A stretch of DNA of 64,000 bases from Candidatus Hadarchaeales archaeon (GTDB lineage Archaea > Hadarchaeota > Hadarchaeia > Hadarchaeales > WYZ-LMO6): positions 1 through 64,000 of the forward strand of contig JAWCKR010000005.1 in NCBI GenBank assembly GCA_038851755.1, in the 5' to 3' direction. Shown piece after piece: positions 9,550 to 18,539 of this stretch. A program made the position numbers and the translations under genes. How positions within the stretch are numbered: the first letter of the stretch is position 1; the number at the start of each line of letters is the position of its first letter. The notes under the pieces were generated by a model. It was not told where the DNA came from. It saw only the letters and a program-made list of their open reading frames with translations, and made no database searches.

Positions 9550-9774
9550 GTGAAGAGGAGAGTCGAGGAGATCCTGAACCAGCTCCGTCCCGAGCTCCAG
9601 GCCCACGGGGGAGACGTGGAGCTGGTGGAGGTCACTAAGGATAACCTGGTGAAGGTGAGGCTCACGGGGGCCTGCGCGGGCTGCCCCATGTCCACCCTCA
9701 CGCTGGCCATGGGTGTGGAGAGAGCCCTGAAGAGAGAAATCCCTGAGGTAAAGGGAGTGGTAGCCGTTCCTTGA
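9550..9774 (+). CDS. NifU C-terminal (Nfu) Fe-S carrier
   Basis: LRPELQAHGGDVEL, LTGACAGCPMS. Confidence 0.93.
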   Translation: MKRRVEEILNQLRPELQAHGGDVELVEVTKDNLVKVRLTGACAGCPMSTLTLAMGVERALKREIPEVKGVVAVP

Positions 9775-9938
9775 GGGGGAGGAGCCTGTCTGGAGAGGTG
9801 CTGGTCTGTCCGAAATGCAAGTTCAGGTTCAGCAAGTCCTACGCCAGGATAACGGCCTGCCGCGGCTGCACCCTCTCGGTCTCCTCCTGCTCCAGCATCA
9901 AGTGCCCAAGGTGCGAGCACGAGTTCCCCTTGAGGTGA
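9771..9938 (+). CDS. Small Cys-rich protein (about 50 aa), not in ORF track
   Basis: Manual translation ...EVLVCPKCKFRFSKSYARITACRGCTLSVSSCSSIKCPRCEHEFPLR*. It fills the nfu-mrp gap; the start could be TTG 9771, CTG 9786 or GTG 9798. Confidence 0.8.
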   Translation: MRGRSLSGEVLVCPKCKFRFSKSYARITACRGCTLSVSSCSSIKCPRCEHEFPLR

Positions 9939-9951
9939 TGGGGGATAGGGG

Positions 9952-10752
9952 ATGGAGAGCAGGACCGAGGACCGCCTGAAGGAGAGGATGTCCAGGATCA
10001 GGCACAAGGTGGCGGTGCTCAGCGGTAAGGGTGGGGTGGGGAAGAGCACCTTCACCGCCAACCTGGCCCTCGCCCTCTCGGTGAGGGGCCACCGGGTGGG
10101 CATCCTGGACGCCGACCTCCACGGCCCCAGCATCCCCAAGCTCCTGGGCATGAGGGGAAGGAGGATGGAGGGAGGAACCCCCGTGGAGGGTCCAGCGGGG
10201 TTGAAGGTGGTCTCCCTGGACTTCCTCCTACCGGACGACAGCACGCCCCTGATCTGGAGGGGACCGATCAAGGCGATGGCCATAAGGCAGCTGCTGGAGG
10301 AGGTCGAGTGGGGTGAGCTGGACCTCCTCCTCATCGACCTCCCCCCGGGCACCGGGGACGAGCCCCTGAGCATAATACAGGAACTCCCCGAGATGGACGG
10401 GGTCCTCATCCTCACCTCCCCCTCCGAACTCTCCGCCTTGGTGGTGGGAAGGGCCGTGGGCTTCGCCAGGAAGATGGGCGTGAGGATCCTGGGGATAGCG
10501 GAGAACCTGAGCGGGTTCACCTGCCCCAGGTGCGGGGAAACCGTGAGGATCTTCGGGGAGGGAGGGGGAAGGAAGATGGCCGGGGAGCTCGGGGTGCCCT
10601 TCCTGGGCGAGGTCCCCCTGGACCCGCACCTCTCCGAAGACTCGGACCGGGGTGAGCCCTTCGTCCTGAAGAGGCCAGAGGCCCCCGCTGCAAAAGCCTT
10701 CCTGGAGCTCGCCGGAAGGCTGGAGCAGGAGCTGGGGCTGAAAAGGCTTTAG
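9952..10752 (+). CDS. mrp: Mrp/NBP35 (ApbC) Fe-S cluster carrier ATPase
   Basis: SGKGGVGKST, DADLHGPSIP, IWRGP, DLPPGTGD, CPRC. Confidence 0.95.
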   Translation: MESRTEDRLKERMSRIRHKVAVLSGKGGVGKSTFTANLALALSVRGHRVGILDADLHGPSIPKLLGMRGRRMEGGTPVEGPAGLKVVSLDFLLPDDSTPLIWRGPIKAMAIRQLLEEVEWGELDLLLIDLPPGTGDEPLSIIQELPEMDGVLILTSPSELSALVVGRAVGFARKMGVRILGIAENLSGFTCPRCGETVRIFGEGGGRKMAGELGVPFLGEVPLDPHLSEDSDRGEPFVLKRPEAPAAKAFLELAGRLEQELGLKRL

Positions 10753-13172
10753 AAGAACCTCCCCAGCCTGGTCTGCTCCCCACCCGGTGAGCGCAGGTCC
10801 TCCTCCCTGTATCCCAGCACCTCCATGATCCTCATCACGGCGGGGAGGACCTGGTGCTCCACGTAGTAGCTGGCGTCGTACTCCATCCTCTCCGGGTCGA
10901 AGTCCTCCACGGGGGTGGCCCTGTCGCTTATGCTCCCCGGCCCCTTCACCTCCACGTAGGCTATCATGGTCCCGGGCTCCACCGGATAACCTTTCTTCCT
11001 GAGCTTCTTGGCCGCCACCACGTGCGGCCCTATCGCCCTGTAGCTCTCTATGGGCATCTTGAGCTGGGTGTAGATCACCAGGTCCTCCAGCCCCACCTTC
11101 CCCCCCTGCAGCTCCCTCACCACCCTCTTGATGATCTCCGCAGCCTTCCTGGGCGATCCCTCCCTAAGGATGGCGTCCAGCACCTCCTGCTGGGTGCGCT
11201 TGGCCACGGCCGCCCAGTCCCTGCGCACGAACTCCAGACCCTTCACGATGAGCCTCCCCTCCTCGTCCACCAGGGCGTACCTCTTCTTGGTGATGAAGAC
11301 CCCCCTCGGGTAGAAGCCCTCCAGCTCCAGCTCCATCACCCCGGGCAGCTCCCTGTTCACCTCCTCCAGGAACCTCAGGATCTCCTTCCTGCTCTTCCCC
11401 CCCGTCCTGCAGTAGAGGCCGTCGGTATCGGCGTACACCACCTCCATCCCCTCCCTCTCCGCCCTCGCTATCGTCTGGTGGATGTAGTGTCTGCCCAGGC
11501 TGGTGATGCTCTCCGCGCACTCCTTGGAGTACCACCTGGCCCTGGCGTACCCGAACATGCCGTAGAAGGAGTTGGAAACGATCTTCAGGGCCATCTGGCG
11601 GCTGTCCAGCTCCAGGTACTCGGGGGTTCCGGGCCTCAGCTTCTTCAGTTCCTTCTTCAGCTCCGCCCTCCTCTCTATCAGCCGTTCCAGGATGGAGGGG
11701 ACGAAGCCCTTCCTCTTCCTGCAGAACCTGTAGCCCAGCTCAGGGACCACCGTGGCCTCCTCCGGGCCGCAGCAGTCGCAGTTCAGGGTGGAGGGGTCTA
11801 TGTTGTGGGAGACGATGATGCTGGGGTACAGCGACCTGAAGTCGAAGGCCACCAGGTCCTCGTGCAGCCCGCGCTTGGGCTCCATCACGTAGGCTCCCGC
11901 GTAGGTCTCCTCCATCCTCTCCCCGTACTCCTCACCCCTGGGCCTCGGGGGGACCAGCTCCCCTCGTCCGAAGGCCTCCCTTATGAGCAGCCACTCCACC
12001 AGCTGACCGGGGGTCATCCTGCTCACGTCGAAGAGGGTCTGACCCACCAGCCTGGTGAGCTCCCGGAAGAGGGGGAGGAAGGCCAGACCCAGCTCCAGGG
12101 TGGCCTCGGCGTCCGAGAGGGAGTACTCCAGCAGGCGCTTCAGTTCCTCCCCTCCCCTCTCCCACGCCCTGGCTATCCCCCCCATCTCGAAGTCGGGTTT
12201 TTCCTTTCCCAGCACGTGCCTGTACACGTCCTCCAGGGTGTAGTGGATGAGCCTGATGGCCCCTATGGTGGCCAGGAAGCTCACCATGGCGTACACGTCC
12301 ACATGCACCCTCCCCGGCACCCGGGTGGCGGTGGCGAACTTCCTTCTCCTGGTCCTGGCCCCTCCCCCCTCCCTCCCCAGCGCCAGGTCCACCCCCAGCC
12401 TCCTCGCCCTCTCCCTGAGATAGGGGAAGTCGAAGAAGTCGGTGTTGTACCCCAGGAGGAGATCCACCTCCCTCTCCCGCACGAGCTCCACGAACCTCTC
12501 CAGCATCTCCCTCTCGCTCCCCACCACCTCCACGAACTCCGGAGCCCCCTCCACCTCCTTCCATGTCAGGACCTTCCTGAAGCCGCCGGGCGCCGCCAGG
12601 CTTATCATGATCACCGGATCCCTGTCCGACCTGGGGATCCCGGCGGGGTTGTGGACCTCGATGTCGAAGCTCATCACCTCCAGCTCCTGAGGGTGCTCCG
12701 GCCCAGGCTCTGGGGGGCGGGAGGCCAGGACCACGCCCTCCCTCCTCTCCCCCTCCACCCTCACCCCCTCCAGGGGTACCATCCCCCTCTCGATCAGGTA
12801 CTGCCGGGCGAGGGGGAGGTCGAAACCGTAGAACTCCTTCACCCCCGGGAGTTCCCGGATGGCGTGCCTGAGGGGGGTGAGGTGCCTGGGACTCTCCAGG
12901 AAGACCCGCACCGCCTCCACCTCCTTTCCCAGCAGCCCCCTCCTCACCACCTCCACCCTCTTCGGCCTGAGGGTCTCCCCCTTCTCCGTCACCTCCACCT
13001 TGGAAACCAGCTTGGCCGCCCTCTGGGGGTCCTCGGCGGTGAAGTAGAAGGAGGGCTCAAAGCTCGGGTCCTGCACCACCTCCACCTTCCCCCCGCGCTT
13101 GAGGTAGAGGGCCAGGGAAGGGAGTCCCTCCTCAGCCTGATCCACGTCCAGGAGAAGACCTTCGAGGATCAT
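10749..13172 (-). CDS. polB: Family B DNA polymerase (PolB3 type), no intein
   Basis: Exonuclease motifs FDIE and YNTDFFDFPYL; polymerase motifs DFRSLYPSII, KIVSNSFYG, YADTDG, KKRY; C-terminal PIP box QTRLGRFF. Start at the ATG at 13172. Confidence 0.97.
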   Translation of the reverse strand: MILEGLLLDVDQAEEGLPSLALYLKRGGKVEVVQDPSFEPSFYFTAEDPQRAAKLVSKVEVTEKGETLRPKRVEVVRRGLLGKEVEAVRVFLESPRHLTPLRHAIRELPGVKEFYGFDLPLARQYLIERGMVPLEGVRVEGERREGVVLASRPPEPGPEHPQELEVMSFDIEVHNPAGIPRSDRDPVIMISLAAPGGFRKVLTWKEVEGAPEFVEVVGSEREMLERFVELVREREVDLLLGYNTDFFDFPYLRERARRLGVDLALGREGGGARTRRRKFATATRVPGRVHVDVYAMVSFLATIGAIRLIHYTLEDVYRHVLGKEKPDFEMGGIARAWERGGEELKRLLEYSLSDAEATLELGLAFLPLFRELTRLVGQTLFDVSRMTPGQLVEWLLIREAFGRGELVPPRPRGEEYGERMEETYAGAYVMEPKRGLHEDLVAFDFRSLYPSIIVSHNIDPSTLNCDCCGPEEATVVPELGYRFCRKRKGFVPSILERLIERRAELKKELKKLRPGTPEYLELDSRQMALKIVSNSFYGMFGYARARWYSKECAESITSLGRHYIHQTIARAEREGMEVVYADTDGLYCRTGGKSRKEILRFLEEVNRELPGVMELELEGFYPRGVFITKKRYALVDEEGRLIVKGLEFVRRDWAAVAKRTQQEVLDAILREGSPRKAAEIIKRVVRELQGGKVGLEDLVIYTQLKMPIESYRAIGPHVVAAKKLRKKGYPVEPGTMIAYVEVKGPGSISDRATPVEDFDPERMEYDASYYVEHQVLPAVMRIMEVLGYREEDLRSPGGEQTRLGRFF

Positions 13173-13195
13173 CACTCCTGAGTGCCCCTGGGACC

Positions 13196-13203
13196 AAAAA
13201 AAA
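13196..13203 (-). terminator. T8 archaeal-type terminator
   Basis: A8 run on the + strand immediately 3' of the closing helix of the candidate ncRNA. Confidence 0.55.
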
Positions 13204-13204
13204 G

Positions 13205-13437
13205 TGGCGGGGATTTCGACCCGTCCGCTACTCTTTGGACGGAACCCCGAACCTCGACCACTTTCAGGGCACCGCCCTTTTTTCACGTCCCGGGTCTGTC
13301 TCCCGCGATAGGTGCATCGCACCGACCTCCCCGGTGCCTATCCGCCGCCTTCCCGGGTTTTTACCCCGGTTTTTCGGCGGCTCCCCGTTGCCCTTAGGCT
13401 CCGGTTCTGCCCCTCTCGCGGGCTTCCATCCCCGCCA
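13205..13437 (-). ncRNA. Unclassified large structured RNA candidate (about 233 nt)
   Basis: Perfect 10-bp terminal helix TGGCGGGGAT/ATCCCCGCCA, several internal helices, TATA-like TTAAAA about 23 nt upstream, T8 downstream, no credible ORF. Confidence 0.7.
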
Positions 13438-13457
13438 ATCATCTATCCTACCTGGCT

Positions 13458-13467
13458 TCTTTTAAGA
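13458..13467 (-). promoter_or_regulatory. TATA-like box for the candidate ncRNA
   Basis: CTTAAAAGA on the minus strand at archaeal promoter spacing from 13437. Confidence 0.5.
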
Positions 13468-13518
13468 GTTGTTCACCCAGAATGTGATATTCCAACCCTC
13501 AAGATATCTCCGGGTAGA

Positions 13519-14154
13519 CTATATGGAAGATTTTGAGAGGTGTGGTTTCACCTCGTAGGCGGAGGGGAAGACCCCTGCGGGACCCTCGGGGGGGATCTTC
13601 CCGGTGGGGCAGGCCCTGGAGCAGTAGCCACAGAGCTTGCAGTACTCCGTCTTGTCCGGGAAGAGGGACACCAGGCGATTCACCCCCCTGCCCACGAAGG
13701 TCAGCACCCCGTCCTGGGTGACCGAGGAGCAGGTGCGCACGCAGAGACCGCACAGGATGCACTGCTCTTCCTTCTTCCCCACCCTGTTAGCAAACCTGGA
13801 GGGGTCGGCACCGTGCTCCCGGACCATCCGCCAGAAGTGGCTCCCCTCCTTCAGCGGCAGTCCCCTGAGGGAGGCCAGCTCAAGCAGGGTCTTTCTGAGC
13901 AGGTGCAGCTCCGGGTTCCGTGTCGTGACCTTCAGGCCCTCCTCGGCGGGGTAGGAGCATGAGGCCACGATCCTCTTTCTCCCCTCCCTCTCGATCTCCA
14001 CGCTGCATACCCTGCAGGCCCCGTAGGGCTCCAGCCCCTCCCCCTGGCACAGGGCGGGGATTTCTATCCCCCCTCCCCTGGCCGCCTCCAGGAGGGTCAT
14101 GCCTTCCCTGGCCCTCACGACCTTCCCGTCGATTTCCAGCGTGACCTCCTTCAC
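13519..14154 (-). CDS. NuoG/HydA N-terminal-like 2Fe-2S/4Fe-4S protein with no catalytic domain
   Basis: [42 protein letters not shown]; only 211 aa. Confidence 0.9.
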   Translation of the reverse strand: MKEVTLEIDGKVVRAREGMTLLEAARGGGIEIPALCQGEGLEPYGACRVCSVEIEREGRKRIVASCSYPAEEGLKVTTRNPELHLLRKTLLELASLRGLPLKEGSHFWRMVREHGADPSRFANRVGKKEEQCILCGLCVRTCSSVTQDGVLTFVGRGVNRLVSLFPDKTEYCKLCGYCSRACPTGKIPPEGPAGVFPSAYEVKPHLSKSSI

Positions 14155-16064
14155 TTCCTCACCTCCCGTCTCTTGGGCCTCGTCCCGGGCGCAGGGGGTG
14201 GAGGGACGGGTTCACCGGAGAGCTTCCTCACCGCCTCGAAGGTACAGACCTCGAAGCAGGTGCCGCACTTCGTGCACTTCCCCTGGTCTATCACGTGCAC
14301 CTCCTCCTTTCCTCCCCTGATGGCCCCCACCGGGCACCGGGTGAGACAGAGGCCGCAGGCCTGGCAGAGGTCGGGATCGATGTAGTAGGCAAGCAGGCCC
14401 CTGCACACCTTCGCCGGGCACCTCCCCCTAAGATGGGCCTCGTACTCCTCCCCGAAGTATTTCATGGTGGTGAGGACGGGGTTCACGGCCGTGGTACCCA
14501 GGGCGCAGAGGGAGGCCTCGGCCATGGTCTCGCCTATCTCCTCTATGGTCTTCAGGTCCTCCTCCTTCCCCCTCCCCTCGCACAGGTCCGTGAGGAGGCG
14601 GTTGAGCACCCTCAGCCCCTCCCTGCAGGGGATGCACTTCCCGCAGGACTCCTCCAGGAGGAAGTGGATGAAGAAGCGGGCCACGTCCACCATGCAGGTG
14701 TCCTCGTCCATCACGATCATGCCCCCCGAGCCCATCATGGAGCCCAGCTTGGTGAGGGCGTCGAAGTCCACGGGGGTGTCCAGGTACTGCTCGGGGATCA
14801 CCCCTCCCGAGGGTCCGCCCGTCTGGACGGCCTTGAACCTCTTCCCTCCCCTTATCCCTCCCCCCACGTCGTAGATGATCTGCCTGAGGGTCATGCCCAT
14901 GGGGACCTCCACCAGCCCCGTGTTGTTGACCTTCCCCACCAGGCTGAAGATCTTGGTACCCGGGGACCCCTCGGTCCCTATCCTCCTGAACCAGTCCGCC
15001 CCGTTCAGGACGATCAGGGGGACGTTGGCCCAGGTCTCCACGTTGTTCAGGCAGGAGGGCCTGTCGTGGATCCCCTTCACGGCGGTGTGGATGTACTTGG
15101 GCCTGGGCTCCCCGACCTTCCCCTCTATGGCCGTCATGAGGGCGCTGGACTCCCCCGAGACGAAGGCCCCCGCCCCGCGGTGGACCTCCACGTCGAAGTC
15201 GAAGCCTGAGCCCAGGATGTTCTCCCCCAGCAGGCCTCGCTCCCTGGCCTGCTCTATGGCCGTGGTCACGTTCTCCACGGCCAGGGGGTACTCCTCCCTC
15301 ACGTAGATGTAGCCCTGGTGGGAGCCTATGGCATAGGCCCCTATGATCAGGCCCTCCAGGACGGAGTGGGGGTTGCCCTCCATGAGGGAGCGGTCCATGA
15401 AGGCTCCGGGATCGCCCTCGTCGCAGTTCACGATCACGTACTTGGGCTCACCCGGGGCGTTCCTGGTGGTCTCCCACTTCCTCCCCGTGGGGAAGCCCCC
15501 TCCACCCCTCCCCCTCAGGCCGGAGCGCTTCACCTCCTCCAGGACCTTCTCGGGGCTGAGCTCGAAGAGGGCCCTGGCCAGGGCCCTGTATCCCCCCTCC
15601 GCCACGTAGTCCTCTATCCTGGTGGGGTCGATCCTGCCGTTGAGGGAGAGGAGGAGCCTGTGCTGGTGGCGGTAGAAGGGGAGGTCGGAGGCCTTCCTGA
15701 TCCTCTGCCCGGTGACGGGGTCCTGGTAGAGGAGGCGGTCCACCACCCCTTTGGAAACCACGGCGTCCACGATTTCCTTAACGTCGGAAGGCTTGACCGA
15801 GACATAAAAGGTCTCCTCGGGGTAGACCGTCACCACGGGCTCCCTCTGGCAGAACCCGTTGCAGCCCGTCTCTTTCACCTCTATTTCCCCCACCAGTCCT
15901 CTGCTCTCTATTTCCTCTTCCAGAGCCAGGAAGACCTTGTCACTTCCGGCCGCCAGACCGCAGGCAGATTTGGTGCAGATGGTGAGGAGGGGGCGGTGGG
16001 GGTCCCTGCCCCTAAGAAGCTCCTCCCTCCATCTGTCCAGGTCCGCGGGAGAGTTCAGCCTCAT
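14151..16064 (-). CDS. NuoF/HydB-type NAD(P)H- and FMN-binding subunit
   Basis: [39 protein letters not shown]-terminal thioredoxin-like 2Fe-2S domain, C-terminal 2x4Fe-4S. Confidence 0.95.
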   Translation of the reverse strand: MRLNSPADLDRWREELLRGRDPHRPLLTICTKSACGLAAGSDKVFLALEEEIESRGLVGEIEVKETGCNGFCQREPVVTVYPEETFYVSVKPSDVKEIVDAVVSKGVVDRLLYQDPVTGQRIRKASDLPFYRHQHRLLLSLNGRIDPTRIEDYVAEGGYRALARALFELSPEKVLEEVKRSGLRGRGGGGFPTGRKWETTRNAPGEPKYVIVNCDEGDPGAFMDRSLMEGNPHSVLEGLIIGAYAIGSHQGYIYVREEYPLAVENVTTAIEQARERGLLGENILGSGFDFDVEVHRGAGAFVSGESSALMTAIEGKVGEPRPKYIHTAVKGIHDRPSCLNNVETWANVPLIVLNGADWFRRIGTEGSPGTKIFSLVGKVNNTGLVEVPMGMTLRQIIYDVGGGIRGGKRFKAVQTGGPSGGVIPEQYLDTPVDFDALTKLGSMMGSGGMIVMDEDTCMVDVARFFIHFLLEESCGKCIPCREGLRVLNRLLTDLCEGRGKEEDLKTIEEIGETMAEASLCALGTTAVNPVLTTMKYFGEEYEAHLRGRCPAKVCRGLLAYYIDPDLCQACGLCLTRCPVGAIRGGKEEVHVIDQGKCTKCGTCFEVCTFEAVRKLSGEPVPPPPAPGTRPKRREVRK

Positions 16065-16732
16065 CCTCTCACCCTAGTCCCCACCTCCGCAGGCACGGCC
16101 GGGGGTGCGGCCTTCACTCCGAACTTCTCCAGCAACCTCGCCACGGAGGCGGGCGTGAGGTTCCCGTAGTAGTCATCGTTGATCATGATCACCGGTCCTA
16201 TCGCGCAGCACCCCAGGCAGTTGACGGTTTCAAGCGTGAACTGGAGGTCGGGAGTGGTCTCCCCGGGCGAGATGCCCAGAAGGTTCGTTATCCTCTCCAA
16301 AATCATCTGCGAACCCCTCACCTGGCAGGAAGTACCCATGCATACCCTGATCAGGTTCCTCCCCCTGGGGCTCAGGGTGAAAGCCTTGTAGAAGGTCACG
16401 ATGCGGTAGACGTTACTCAAAGGCACATTGAGCTGTCTGCTCACCTCCAGGAGGACCTCCATCGGAAGCCAGCCCAACCCCTTCTGCAGTCTCAGCAGGA
16501 TCTGGATCAGCTTGGTCCTGTCGTAGCCGAACTCCTCCAAAACCTTGTTCACTAGGTTGCCCATCCCGCCGAGCCTCATCTGTTGCTCAGGCTGTGGCTC
16601 CGGCGCCTTTTCCTTCTCCGTACCCTCCGGCAACTTGACCTTGAACCTGCAGCGAGGACAGGTGGTGTAGAAAGCCCCCTTCCCGCGGTAATCCCAGACG
16701 TACCCGCAGTGCTGACACTTTACCTTACTCAC
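16061..16732 (-). CDS. NuoE/HydC-type 2Fe-2S subunit with an N-terminal Zn ribbon
   Basis: [20 protein letters not shown]; N-terminal CQHC..CPRC. Confidence 0.92.
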   Translation of the reverse strand: MSKVKCQHCGYVWDYRGKGAFYTTCPRCRFKVKLPEGTEKEKAPEPQPEQQMRLGGMGNLVNKVLEEFGYDRTKLIQILLRLQKGLGWLPMEVLLEVSRQLNVPLSNVYRIVTFYKAFTLSPRGRNLIRVCMGTSCQVRGSQMILERITNLLGISPGETTPDLQFTLETVNCLGCCAIGPVIMINDDYYGNLTPASVARLLEKFGVKAAPPAVPAEVGTRVRG

Positions 16733-16804
16733 CTACTCACCAACCTACTTTACCTCCCTCTTGTTTTATATACTTTTTCCTTATAATATATAAATATCCT
16801 TAAT

Positions 16805-16816
16805 ACGATATATCGT
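16805..16816. promoter_or_regulatory. Perfect 12-bp palindrome in the AT-rich promoter of the nuoEFG-like operon
   Basis: ACGATATATCGT, just upstream of a TATA-rich stretch at about 16781-16797. Confidence 0.4.
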
Positions 16817-16877
16817 GAGTACTTATTACCTTTTATCCCCTCAAACGGCATAACTTGTTAATACTAATGAGGAGGGC

Positions 16878-17096
16878 CTACCACCTCACGTGCGACCAGC
16901 CCGTCCCTTCACAGGATGGACACATCAGATGGTCCTTTGTCCGGCCAGTCCCACCGCACAACCCGCACTTGGTGGGTGGGGAGGCCACTACCACGCTTCC
17001 TTTCCCCTTACAGGCTGGACACTTCGCGTTACAGCATCCCCATCCGCTTCCCCTGCACCAGGCGCAGGTGACCTTGACCTCCTTTCCCTCTTCCAT
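16878..17096 (-). CDS. DnaJ-type zinc-finger protein (CxxCxGxG repeats)
   Basis: CAWCRGSG, CPACKGKG, CGLCGGTG, CPSCEGTG. Confidence 0.85.
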   Translation of the reverse strand: MEEGKEVKVTCAWCRGSGWGCCNAKCPACKGKGSVVVASPPTKCGLCGGTGRTKDHLMCPSCEGTGWSHVRW

Positions 17097-17097
17097 C

Positions 17098-18150
17098 TCA
17101 CCCACTGGACTCGCTCGGACTCTCGGTCAGGGGGTAACCGAAGGTGTGGTTAATCACGGTCTTGGCTATCTCCCCGCCGCAGGTGTAGATATCCATGAGA
17201 TTGGCCCTCACCAGGCAGGTGGAGCACACCGCGAAGGGGCGCTTTTCCTTCTTCGCCATCTCCCCCAGCACCTGCATGTTCAGGTCCTCCATCTCCCCCA
17301 GGGCATCCAGCACCTTGTTGGCCTTCTCGGTGTCCTTGCCCCAAAAAGCCTCCACCGCCTCCTCGAAATGCACGTAAGAGGCCTGCCCCATGTTCACCAT
17401 CCTCTCCAGCACGGAGGGATGGAACTTTTCCTCCTGGTGGACGAGCAGGTTGGAGATGTTGACCGCCAGGTCGGCCACCCTCTCCATCTGCTGGACGAAG
17501 TTCTGGTAGTCCAGACAGTCCAGGAGGTTGATCCCTATCCTCCCGGCTATCACGGGATCGAAGGCGGCGTTCCGCAGCATCCTGAGGAGGAGGAGGGAAA
17601 AGCGGTCCACGTCCTCATCCAGGGAAGCGATGGTCTTGGCCAGCTCGGCGTTTTCCTCCTGGAGGGCCTTCAGCATGTCGGCGCACATGGAGGCCACGAT
17701 GGTGTGCATCCTCTTCATGCCGGTGTGAAGGGAGATCTTCGACATGTCCAGAAGGCTCTCGATGATGAATTCCTGGGAATCGGCCTTCATGATCCTCAGG
17801 TAGAGCTTGCCCGCTATGTCCCTCACCGTCTGTTGTTGCTCGGCGTTGAAGACCTCCTCGGAGACTATCCGGAAGCGGGAGGCCCCGTTCAGGTATCCAG
17901 ACACGACCTCCCTGACGAACACCTCCTTCCTCTTGTCCTTCTCGAAGTTGATGGTGAGTTCCCTCTCCGCCTCCCTGAGCTCCCTGGGATAGACTACCAA
18001 GGACCCGTCTCCCCTCATGCTCAAATGAACGGTCCTACCAGGTTCCAGCCCGTGGAGATCCACCCACTGCTTGGGAAGTGAAACCACCAGTGTCGACTTC
18101 CCCAGTTGGACTACTTTCCTGGGCTGCACATAATTATGTTTCTCTTTCAT
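17098..18150 (-). CDS. AbrB-PhoU family regulator
   Basis: RKVVQLGKSTLVVSLPKQW AbrB domain followed by two PhoU repeats (DEDVDRF, MERVAD). Confidence 0.9.
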   Translation of the reverse strand: MKEKHNYVQPRKVVQLGKSTLVVSLPKQWVDLHGLEPGRTVHLSMRGDGSLVVYPRELREAERELTINFEKDKRKEVFVREVVSGYLNGASRFRIVSEEVFNAEQQQTVRDIAGKLYLRIMKADSQEFIIESLLDMSKISLHTGMKRMHTIVASMCADMLKALQEENAELAKTIASLDEDVDRFSLLLLRMLRNAAFDPVIAGRIGINLLDCLDYQNFVQQMERVADLAVNISNLLVHQEEKFHPSVLERMVNMGQASYVHFEEAVEAFWGKDTEKANKVLDALGEMEDLNMQVLGEMAKKEKRPFAVCSTCLVRANLMDIYTCGGEIAKTVINHTFGYPLTESPSESSG

Positions 18151-18539
18151 ATATATATCTCCTTCTTTTTTTACCCATCAACCTTCTTTTCTTTGAATAT
18201 ATAAATTTAGCAGTTATATGTATTATATGGAAAAAGTATTTATTTCAACCTGTTCGAAAAATAAGGATGCTGAAATTAAAGGTGGAAGAACGCTGGGGGA
18301 GGCTCAGGCTAGTGGTATACCTCCCCAAATCCGGGATCTGCAAGTGGATGCCCAACGGAGGAAATAAAACCTCTCTCCCAAAGGATCCCTGAGCTTTTCT
18401 GGAAAGGGAGGATACAGGGAATTCTTGGGTTTAACTTCATGTTTTAAATATTTGGTATATATCCAAAGAAATTTGTTAAGAAATCTATTCCAAAAGTATA
18501 TAAATTAGAAGAAAGTATGTATAAACGGAGGTGAGAAAA

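Noticed and set aside
13173-13322. 50-aa N-terminal extension of PolB in the ORF track
   Set aside because: It runs through the structured RNA; homology and the RBS support the ATG at 13172
13205-13437. Identification of the structured RNA as RNase P, tmRNA, tRNA or a cobalamin/Moco riboswitch
   Set aside because: Only short word matches (GGGCAACGG, GUCGAA, GGGGAU...CCA, CCUAAG). There is no GAGGAA..UCC/ACAGAA..GCU P4 pair in the right order, no T-arm and no ordered riboswitch core.
13501-13525. ATATAGTC resembling a group I intron S element
   Set aside because: Isolated 8-mer at a gene end, with no interrupted host gene or matching core
16725-16755. Short TACTCACC tandem repeat
   Set aside because: Only two copies, at the RBS/start of the nuoE-like gene; not an array
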